From Octopus vulgaris (Eukaryota), in contig OX597830.1 of assembly GCA_951406725.2 (NCBI GenBank), forward strand, positions 16,678,001-16,742,000: a stretch of DNA of 64,000 nucleotides. Direction: 5' to 3'. The notes beneath the pieces are model-generated. The model saw only the letters and a list, made by a program, of their open reading frames with translations. It was not told the DNA's origin and did not search any database. This document shows positions 53,570-64,000 of the stretch, piece after piece. The stretch's first letter is position 1. Every line of letters begins with the position of its first letter. A program made the translations under genes and the position numbers.

Positions 53570-54280
53570 CGTACCTGCACCTCCACATGAACAGCACCGT
53601 TTATTTCCTCGTTTGAGGCCGGTCCAAGTGCTTTCCTCTTGCTGCAAATGAGTGCCGTCTTGCGAGCAGACGAACCCAACGCTGTCATTCACCGTTCTGA
53701 CTGGAAATTTTATTTTGTTATTTCTGGTATGCACAAGTATGCTCACCACAAACCATTGCGTATCGTCGTATCCGGTAGATCTAAATCTCCAATGTCATGA
53801 TTGTTACAAGGTTGTGTTTCGAGATATAAACTGTCGAAATAGAACTTGTTCAGGTAGCACCCTTCTTCGACTATACATACGTCTCGAAAACATTGTTTCA
53901 CTGGTTTTAACATTTTTTTTCTCTCAGGACCGCCTACCTTGAATGACTTGCAGAGTGGATCTTCCACACATATTTCACGGACATAGCTGTTATAATCAAC
54001 AGTTGTGCTGTAGCTCATACCCAACGCTTCCATGCAAAAAAACCCAGATAGTAATCAATTCCTTGTCCCATGATTAGGGAAAATTAGATACAGTTCTAAG
54101 AGAAAAAGTGCCACTTTTGAACCATGTCCTTTTTCTCACACACACATTCGTTGCATTTAATTTTGCTGCGGTGCCAACAAATGCTACCATGGAGTACTTT
54201 TATCTTCATGGCATGTCTATTGCGACACATCTTCTTCGGGGTTAATCCCTTCTCTGGAAAAAGGAAATATTGCTGAGTCC
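53570..54280 (-). pseudogene. Degraded Merlin (IS1016/IS1595-like) DDE transposase
   Basis: Fragments FPEKGLTPKKMC...; STTVDYNSYVREICVED...KVGGP; RTVNDSVGFVCSQDGTHLQQEESTWTGLKR, matching the Merlin TVNHSxxFVxxxxGxHTxxIExxW motif; several frameshifts. Confidence 0.75.
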
Positions 54281-56051
54281 GCTTCCACGAATTTATTACT
54301 CGATGGGCGTCTAAACCATCAGCGAAAGCCATGGTGTATGTTGATATCAAGTCATCCTTGATTTGCAAAAACTTTTCTTTTTAGAAATGTTAATGTGTGA
54401 TTTGAATGAGATTAAGCTGTTATTTCTAGCAAGTTGGACGACTACTTTGAGGTCTCCCTTCATTGGAAATTCTTCCATCAGGAATACTGCGATATGCCTG
54501 ACTTGCAGCACCACTTTAGATGGATATTGCTGTCTTTTATATTGTCGTTCTTATTGTTTGGGCCGAAGTCAGCCCCGATCAAGCAGACCTATAATCAAAG
54601 TGCTTCATCTGTGGCCACCCAGTCTTATTTTCAGACAATCTATTTAGGATTGCATTCTTCAATATATACTGCTTTGTTTAAGTTGTGAATCCAGATCGAT
54701 TTAGTCTCTATTTTTAGAGGGTCAAGCAATAACCACTTAGAAGTCTTCATCGCTGGCTTGACCACCTTTTACGATTCCAATTAGTTACCAATATCGACAT
54801 GTTTTATTAAATCGCACGCTGACAGATGTCTTTCCTGTAAACAGTGATGCAGCAGGTACAAATAAATGAAAATTTCATTACTAAGCAAGATGTAGCTGGT
54901 TCACCTACAGTTAATTTGTTAGAAGTGACAATGCAGATATCATTCATATGTTTTGCAAACCGACAAAGTTAATGCACTCAACAAATTCAAATACGTATAT
55001 ATTTTTTCTACGCCAGTTACCTAGCAGTGTAGCGTATCTAGCAGTATAACGTATTCTCATGAAATCGTGAATATTTTGACCAGAGAGCATTCTAGAAATA
55101 CAAGCAGTATTATTGTCAATCAATATTTTCACTTGTTAAACTTCATTTCCCGCTCACCACTAGAATGTAATCTAGTCTTCTTATTACCATTTGATTCAAT
55201 TACGAAGTGATTTATTCAACTGTCGCGTTGAATTCCTTCGCAACTGTGGAACTTCCTCCAGTTTGACATTTTGTTAGAACCATCTCTTTAGATTCCCTCT
55301 CTTTTCCTCGATGAATTCCATATTATTTTATTAGCAAAATCCTGACCAAGTTCTGGCTTCTGCACATTCATGTCTACAAAAATGAAATTAACACTTCGCC
55401 TGTCCTGTATATCACATGTAATACAAAAGTACACAAGACATATTTCCCAGACAACCACGCATCATATACGATTTACAATCCCAATTTTTTTTTCAGCCTC
55501 TAAAGTAATTTGGGACTTATGAAAAGAAAGCTTTATGTTATTCAGAACGTATGAAAAGAAGCATGGACGTTTAGGACAAACTGGTTGAAATAATTTGGAC
55601 AGGAAAAGGATTAAGGATTCTGGCAAAGTTCGTAGTTTCATTTCCAACGCATTCATTCAACAGTAAAGTGAATCATGTGTGTTGGTATGAGATGATTATA
55701 TTAAGCAAACTTGTAGCAGTTTAGTGGTGGGTAGGTTCAGACTTACAACGCTCCTTTAAAATGATTGGTTTTCTTTTAGAACAACGATCACCAGCGCAGC
55801 GAGTATTTCCTTCACTTGGTCAGAAGGAACCTCTACGCGGTCGCTCGAAGTGCTAGAATTAGCAGCCATATCTCTTTCTGATTGTACTCTACCATTTTAC
55901 AAAGAGGGTAGGATACAATGAATAATGAAAACAGAGTTATCTTTTAAAAGGCAAGATGGTCATGTCTGGAATGCTTTCGACAATAGATTTATCTGATCGA
56001 TCAGCACTGGTCTAGGGTCTTACAACAGCAGCAACTACTACTGGCTCTTAT

Positions 56052-56403
56052 TGAGTCTTCAAAGACAGTTGCTCCCATAAATTCTAATATAGAATATAGG
56101 ATTTATGGAGGGTCAAAGTTGGGAACAAAAACATGACAGCGGAGACATCTTTCTTTACGTGCACCGACGTTCAAAGGAGCCGACGTGTTTTCTTCTATCT
56201 CTTTTCAATCTCTTCTCTTTTCAAACAAAAATGTTTCTCCCAGCGTTCACTATTTTCCTCTTGTTCTGGTCTCACAATACTCCATGTTTTCGTTCGGTTT
56301 CCTTGTATGTTTTCCACTGTCCTGTTTTCGTTCCCAACTTTGACCCTCCATAAATGGTATATTTATTTTAGAATTTTTAGGAGCAACTGTCTTTGAAGAC
56401 TCA
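56052..56403. mobile_element. Fold-back element with ~95-bp arms
   Basis: TGAGTCTTCAAAGACAGTTGCTCC... / ...GGAGCAACTGTCTTTGAAGACTCA. Confidence 0.75.
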
Positions 56404-56804
56404 TATCGTCGTTGAATGCTCGAAATGAGGAGTAGATAGACAGACGACATCTGATATATATATATATATATATCAAATAAAAATAAGGATAAAATCTATA
56501 TAAAATTTTATGAAGTAGCCGGCGTGTAAAACCAATTAAACTTTAAAATTAATACGAAGTATATATTTTTAAAATATATTATTATATTAAAGAACATCAG
56601 CGTTTAAGTGGGGATAAATATTACCTCTTAGTGTTAATATTACCTCTGTCGCATGTAAAAAATGTTTTTAACAAGCTCACTGAGTTTAGAGTATTATTTA
56701 CGATGAATGAAAATTAATAAACTGGATTTGCCATTCGGTCGAAAAAATGTTGCCAGCGTGTCGCTTTGAAGAGAATATCTACGAGAGCATTTTAGGAATT
56801 AAGC

Positions 56805-57196
56805 GGATCTGTTCGGTTTGAACGGCAGTTTTTTTCTAGCGGTGTCATATGAAATTGTCACCCATAATTATGACCCTAGTATCGATCTATTGCATTTCAA
56901 TCTGTTTTAGGGTTAGGGTCAGTTAGAGTTAGTTAGGGTTAGGGTTAGGTTTCTTAAACGAGGGACATATTCATACGGCACAGAATGTTTTCACCTCAAT
57001 AGACGGTCATTGATTGGCTGAAATTGCAGAAATTGAAGAAAAAACAACAACAAATATCTTACAAACTATAGAATTTTCTCAATAAAGCCAAGAGAAAAAG
57101 ATGTTTTATAAACACATTCTACCAGTATACGAAGTTTAAAATTTTTTAGTTACCTAGAAATTATGTTAAAAACTGCCGTTCAAACCGAAAAGATTC
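56805..57196 (+). mobile_element. Merlin-type MITE (family M) with expanded TTAGGG tract and adjacent deletion
   Basis: TIRs; perfect TSD AATTAAGC. Confidence 0.92.
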
Positions 57197-57890
57197 AATT
57201 AAGCAAACCATCATTCTTGCAGATTCAGCTGCTTTTAAACCAGTTTTCTTATAGATAGTCTACTTTTTATAGCATTCCAGTTATTCGATTTACATGTCCG
57301 AAGGTAATTTTATTGACAGCATTTTGCTTGTTTAAGATGAAGACATTTGTTAAACAAAAACAGCAATCAGAAATTTGTTTATTTTTCGCTATTTTGAGTA
57401 GCCATGTCAACAGGTATAGAGCAAATATCCGGAGTTAGAATTATTTAGGTGTACCTCCCACACTAGCAATGTGTTATTTGAAAAGAATAAAAGACCGACT
57501 ATGTCAACAGATATCAAACAAAAGACAATTTATAAATAAATTGTGACAGATTTACACAAAAACTTGATGATAATAAATAGTTTTATCAGAGCTTGTGACA
57601 ACGTTATTAGAGCTGAAAACATTGTTTCCTGGCCGAAGTAAAAACATTACTCTTTGACGGAAGTTAAACCGCTTTCAATCTGTGATGAATGATCGTCTGC
57701 AAAACAGACATAAATAGCATGAAAATGCAGAGATAATATTTTATAATAAGTAGAGAAGGAGGTTGTATATGGTGGCTAAGCGTGCTCGAAATACAGTAAA
57801 AGCTTCCTTAAATCACACCATATGGCCTTTCTCTCACTTAAAAAAAAAAGTTGGGTACATTAAATAATGCAGTCTTAAAAAACAGGATAA

Positions 57891-58330
57891 GGATCTTTTC
57901 GGTTTGAACGGCAGTTTTTTAAAATAATTTCCACGTAACTAAACACTTTTAAACTTCGTATACTGGTAGAATGTGTTTATAAAACATCATTTTCTCTTGG
58001 CTTTATTGAGAAAATTCTATAGTTTGTAAGATATTTGTTGTTTTTTTTCTTCAATTTCTGAAATTTCAACCAATCAATGACGTCTATTGAGGTAAAAAAA
58101 AACCATTCTGTGCCGTATGAATATGTTCCTCATTTAAGAAACAGATTGGGGTTTATTTACATTTGTAAAGAAAAAAAAAATATCCTTCCCCCCACCCCTA
58201 ACCCTAACCCTAACTAACCCCAACCCTTAAACAGATTGAAATGCAATAGATCGATACTAGGGTCATAATTATGGGTGACAATTTCATATGACACCGCTAG
58301 AAAAAACTGCCGTTCTAACCGAAAAGATCC
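57891..58330 (-). mobile_element. Merlin-type MITE (family M)
   Basis: TIRs; TSD CAGGATAA/CAGGATAG (7/8). Confidence 0.92.
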
Positions 58331-58647
58331 CAGGATAGTCACAGCTGGGAACAATGGTGTTCGAGCCGTTACTGTCCCATGAGAGCGGTCAGTTTTTCAC
58401 CATTTCAGCGTAGTTTTAGTTTGCGTTTGAAGTGTTAAAAGCTCTCTTTAGGACAGAAGTAACAGGAGTTATTTGTCCCATGATGAGTGGTAAAAAGACC
58501 TTGAAATATTTCAAGACAACCCTCCCCACAACTTTTTGTACGAAGTAATCCGCTTTCACTTTTCTGTGCGCGAAGCGACTAAAATTGTGTATTTACAACC
58601 GTTTAAAGCTTCACGGCAAAGGGTCAAATAATTGTAGTTTAAGTACG

Positions 58648-58737
<90 letters not shown>

Positions 58738-59417
58738 TACAAACACATCAATTTACACACATTACACAACACATACACACACACACACAACTTTCTACAC
58801 ACAAATGACGGATCTTTTCTCTTTGGCTGCCAGCGTCAATTTTCTGTTGTGTGTAATGATACACTTTTATAGGATAATTAATGGCGTGAGAGTAATTTTC
58901 GATATAAATTCACTCCCAAAACCGGAGCAAATAATCGCCCACGCTGGAGACAAAAACTGTGAAAGGGAATAAAGAGAGCGGAAATAAAATAAAAAAACAG
59001 GTACTCGCCATCAGAGAAGAGCGTACTCAACAGGAGGAACAAAAACCAGCAACACCGGCAGGGAGCTCTTTCAAATGCAGGCGCTGTATTCATGACTGCC
59101 ACTCCTGTGTGGGTCTGTAGGGCCACAACAGCCGCTGCACCGCCATCAGCAGCTGACACGATTTCTATGGGCGCAGATCCATGGTCTCTCTCGAGAACGA
59201 CAGATGCCCACGACTACCTAAAATATATTAAAAGTATAATATATTGTGTGCATTTCTTTATTATTTATTTTCAGCCCACAACTCCCCACGTGGGAAAATA
59301 TCTTCAACAAAATACTTCTTTACTATATATTTTATATATATATATATATTGCTTTAAAAGAATGCTGAGAATTTTTAGTTGAACCGTGAATGTTAATTCA
59401 TTCGAAATTGATACATT

Positions 59418-59420
<3 letters not shown>

Positions 59421-59516
<96 letters not shown>

Positions 59517-59537
59517 TATGTATGTGTATATATTATA

Positions 59538-59622
<85 letters not shown>

Positions 59623-59648
59623 TGTATGTATGTATGTTTGTATGTATG
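59421..59648. repeat. (AT)n/(TATG)n microsatellite
   Basis: Visible. Confidence 0.95.
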
Positions 59649-59867
59649 CACACACATACAGTATCTCACAGAAGCTTGTACACCCCTATTACTCTGATAA
59701 TATAGAAAGGAAATCAAACAAAATTTATACTGAATAAAATATATTACACATGCAAACATTATACAAATTTGTAACACAAAACAATAGACATTTTCAAAGA
59801 TATGAACGAAATATTAATTTTCAAACGATACAAAAATATGTACATCCTAAAGGATTATTTGCTATAT

Positions 59868-61083
59868 TCAATATTTGGTGTGACTACTCTTGCTTTCAAT
59901 GATTGCATTAAGTCTTCTGGGCATAGAATCGATTAAATTTCCGCATATAACCGATGAAATCAACCTCCATTCATCCTCAATGATGATTTTCATCTGGGTT
60001 ACATTGCGGGTTTTTTTCTCTCTTGAACCTTCCTTTTCAAAACTCCCCACAGATGATCTACTGTGTATCAATCAGGTGACATGGTAGGTTAAGGCAATAC
60101 CTTTACCTTTTTTGTCCGATAAAAACTTAGTCGTCATCTTTGAGGTGTGTTTAGGGTCATTACCATGTTGGAGCATGGAATGTCTTCCTAGTTCCTTGAT
60201 GCTTTTCAACATTGTTTTCTGCAATATGTCACAATAAATCCTTGAGTCTATTGTGCTCTCAATAAATGTGAGTCCTCCCAAACCAGCCGCACCCTTGCAT
60301 CCCCAAAGTATAACACTTCCGCCGCCGTGTTTCACAGTAGGGACGGTGCATTTGTCTCTATTATCCTTACTGATTCGTCGCTATACTCGTTTAATACCAT
60401 CTGACAAAGGCGGCGAGTTGGCAGAAACGTTAGCACACCGGGCGAAATGCTTAGTGATCTTTACGTTCTGAGTTCAAATTCCGCCGAGGTCGACTTTGCC
60501 TTTCATCCTTTCGGGGTCGATAAATTAAGTACCAGCTGCATACTGGGGTCGATGTAATCGACTGGCCCCCTCCCCCAAAATTTCGGGCCTTGTGCCTGGA
60601 GTAGAAAAGAATACCATCTGACCCAAACAAGTTGATTTTAGTCTCGTCAGAAGAAAGAATTTTATGGGTTTCGGCAAAAGAAAGACCACTTGATTTATGC
60701 CTAGTAGTGAAAAGAGGATTCCTACGAGGAATGCGTCCATGAAGAACACACTGGTTCCAACTTCCACGAACCGTTTGGGCGGGTACACTCTTTCCACTAA
60801 CAGAAGACACTTCTTGGGCCAAAGATGAAGCGGTACGACGCCTGTCGTCCATCACACAACATTGGATGTGGCGAATATCATGCACAGTTAAAATAGATGG
60901 ATGACGTGGACAATGTTTATTGCTCAGCCATCCAGTAGCTTTGTACTTCTGAATTACTTTGGCAACTGTGTTTATGCTAATATGTATTCGTTTGCTAATT
61001 AACTGGTATCCTAAACCATTCTTGTGCAAATTAAAAATAATTTTCTTCAAATCTTCAGACAATTCTTTTCCTTTTGGTGCCAT
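59868..61083 (-). pseudogene. Tc1 transposase pseudogene
   Basis: MAPKGKELSEDLKK..., SDETKINLFGSDG, KHGGGSVILWGC, QHGNDPKHTS, LIDSMPRRLNAIIESKSSHTKY; frameshifts and a SINE insertion. Confidence 0.93.
60406..60609 (+). mobile_element. SINE family B inserted in the Tc1 transposase
   Basis: 13-bp TSD AATACCATCTGAC (60393-60405, 60610-60622). Confidence 0.93.
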
Positions 61084-61803
61084 TTTAATGACAATGAAGA
61101 AGATTCTCACCACGGTACACAAATCAGAATTCCTGCAGATGCAATAACAATAACCGGTGCAAAAATGCCAGGAGAAATAATTTATTAGAATTGAAATTAT
61201 CAGCAATATCTGAATTTAGTAAAAAAGTGGATAAAATATTGAATATAGCAAATTTCCTTAACATATTTTTATAACGCTTTAGAATTAATATTTTGTTCAT
61301 ATCATTGAAAATGTTTATTGTTTTATGTTCCAAATTTGTATAATGTTTGCATGTATATAATACATTTTATTGAGCATAAATTTCGTTTGATTTCCTTCGA
61401 TGTTATGAGAGTAATGACAATTTTACTGAAAATTTTTAGGGGTGTACATACTTCTGTGAGATACCGTATATATATATAGAGAGAGAGAGTGGGGGTAGGG
61501 AGAGGGGAAGAGAGAAAGGGTGTAGAGAGAAAGGGAGTAGACAGAGAGAGAAAGTAAGGAATTACTCGGTTCTTTGGTTCGTTTGTCGATGAAGAGAAAA
61601 TCTATCCGCAGGAACTGATCCGAACGGCAGGACTCAATGAACACGAACATATATTTAAAGGTGGTGATCCAGCATGGCCGCAACCTGTGGCTGAAATAAC
61701 TATATCAGTAAAATTATAGAACCTAAATTAAAATTTTCATCTTGCATTTCATTTCTATTTCTTCAGAAAAGATTTTTCTGTTTTCAAAATACTTCACTTA
61801 TTA

Positions 61804-62210
61804 GGCGCAGGAGTGGCTGTGTGGTAAGTAGCTTGCTTACCAACCACATGGTTCCGGGTTCAGTCCCACTGCGTGGCACCTTGGGCAAGTGTCTTCTACT
61901 ATAGCCTCAGACTGACCAAAGCCTTGTGAGTGGATTTGGTAGACGGAAACTGAAAGAAGCCTGTCGTATATATGTATATATGTATGTATGTGCGTTTATG
62001 TTTGTGTGTCTGTGCTTGTCCCCCCAACATCGCTTGACAATCGATGCTGGTGTGTTTACGCTCCCGTAACCTAGCGGTTCGGCAAAAGTGATCGATAGAA
62101 TAAGTACTAGGCTTACAAAGAATAAGTCCTGGGGTCGATTTGCTCGACTAAAGGCGGTGCTCCAGCATGGCCACAGTCAAATAACTGAAACAAGCAAAAG
62201 AGTAAAAGGG
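61804..62210 (+). mobile_element. SINE family A
   Basis: Full-length, tRNA-like head. Confidence 0.92.
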
Positions 62211-62223
62211 TATTATTAATTCT

Positions 62224-62390
62224 AAGGCGGTGAGCTGGCAGAATTGTTAGTACGCCGGACAACATGCTTAGCGGCCTTTCGTCCGTCTTTACGTTCGGAG
62301 TTCAAACTTAACTGAGGTCGACGTTGCCTTCCATGCTTTTGGGATTGACAAAATAAGTACAAGTTGACTTATCCCCCTCGCCTGAAATTT
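62224..62390 (+). mobile_element. Diverged SINE family B
   Basis: AAGGCGGTGAGCTGGCAGAA...GGAGTTCAAAC. Confidence 0.7.
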
Positions 62391-62550
62391 TTGTGTCCAC
62401 CGAGCATCCATGACACACACACTCACATGTTCGCATGTACATCTAGGATCCTTTACAAAGATTCATTCTGTCACCTTTGCTCCCGTCAAGGTTTTACCTC
62501 TGTACAAGGAGTTTTCCAGTTTGATGTATCACAGTTTTTGCTTAATATTC

Positions 62551-62600
<50 letters not shown>

Positions 62601-62629
62601 TGTGTGTGTGTGTGTGTGTGTGTTTATTT

Positions 62630-63275
62630 CTTATCATGCCGGGGCACTTGAAGAGTTTTAGCCGAACAAATCGACCCCAAGACTTTTTTTTTAAGTGAAT
62701 ACTCATTCTGTCGGTCTCTTTTGCCAAACCACTATGTTACAGATTCGTAAACAAACCAACACCGGTTGTCAAGAGATAGATGGGGAACTATCTTGACACA
62801 AAGACAAACACACACGCATATATCTGTAACATATGCGTGTGTGTTTGTCTTTGTGTCAAGATAGTTCCCCATCTATCTCTTGACAACCGGTGTTGGTTTG
62901 TTTACGAATCTGTAACATACATACATAAATACGGATATATATATATATATATATATAACGGGAAAGTTTACGAAAATAAACAAAAGACGACGGCAGGTGG
63001 AGTACAAACAAACAAATGTATTAGTATGGCGCTCAGGAATAGAAATAGAACAAGTCTTTTACGTTTCGAGCCTACGCTCTTCTACAGAAAGATACACAGA
63101 AAAAAAAACAAGGAGAATGTGACAGGCTTCCATCAATTTCCATCTACCAAATCCACTCACAAGGCTTTGGTCGGCTGAGGCTATAGAAGATACTTACCCA
63201 AGATACCACGCTGTGGGACTGAACCCGGAACCATGTGGCTAGGAAGGAAACTTTACCACACATCCACAGCTGTGC
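62630..63275 (-). mobile_element. Diverged SINE A disrupted by an inverted duplication and a pLTR-like insertion
   Basis: Tail 62630-62820, head 63120-63275. Confidence 0.75.
62957..63118 (-). mobile_element. Second copy of the 9100-9281 repeat
   Basis: TTTTACGTTTCGAGCCTACGCTCTTCTACAGAAA is the reverse complement of the 9156-9189 motif. Confidence 0.7.
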
Positions 63276-63535
63276 CTTTCTGTCTATCTAGTTATCTCCC
63301 CAGCCCTCACCCCCTCTCTCTCTCTTTCTCTTTCTCTCTCTGTATATATTCAGTCAAGAACCGGATCATCCACGCAATTTCGGCTGATTAATCTTGAGAT
63401 TGCACCAATCTGGCCAGCCCCAAGGAAAAACTAAGTTAAGAGCATTAAATTCCTTGGGAAAAAGCATCGAATGTATATGAAAACAAGGACGGAAAAACAG
63501 ACGATGTTACACGAATATAAATACAAAAATACAAT

Positions 63536-63627
<92 letters not shown>

Positions 63628-63628
63628 T
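63536..63628. repeat. (TAA)n microsatellite
   Basis: Visible. Confidence 0.97.
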
Positions 63629-63816
63629 AACAGGCCATAACAACAGGCGTCTTTCGACTGGGGACGAATTGAATTCAGCTGGTGTGTGTGGAAATGAAGC
63701 CTTACGGCAGAGGAAGAATATCAATGTGGCAGTGACCACGGTCAGACGCAAAATGGCTAGCAGTCTGGCCTATCGGTCACGTAGGAAGAGAAGAGAGAGA
63801 AAAAGTGGAACAAAAG

Positions 63817-64000
<184 letters not shown>

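Larger units (their letters stand above)
59659..61466 (-). mobile_element. Full-length Tc1-family transposon, inactive
   Basis: TA|CAGTATCTCACAGAAG...GTACACCCCTA and TAGGGGTGTACATACTTCTGTGAGATACCG|TA; inverted homology extends at least 160 bp; TA TSD. Confidence 0.92.

Noticed and set aside
60451-61206. 251-aa ORF as domesticated transposase
   Set aside because: Catalytic domain is interrupted by a SINE and frameshifts; the ORF simply reads into the SINE

Overview
This is an AT-rich, extremely repeat-dense eukaryotic window. The SINE and microsatellite repertoire is typical of an octopod cephalopod (inferred from pattern recognition, not a search). I find no intact host protein-coding gene; nearly all listed ORFs are translations of microsatellites or SINEs. 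The window holds 13 copies or fragments of a ~420-bp GG...CC MITE with 8-bp TSDs and internal TTAGGG repeats (Merlin-type), plus a degraded Merlin/IS1595-like transposase. It also holds four tRNA-derived SINE families, a full-length disrupted Tc1 element, mariner, pogo, Gypsy and RTE remnants, and non-autonomous Helitrons. The most interesting signal is a set of short fold-back elements with the layout TSD + long hairpin + ~60-bp one-sided tail. They carry minimal hammerhead-ribozyme motifs, including a G3-C8 compensatory core variant, consistent with non-autonomous Penelope-like retroelements. The MITE cluster at 7-14 kb shows swapped TSDs and captured flanking DNA, which points to local rearrangement.
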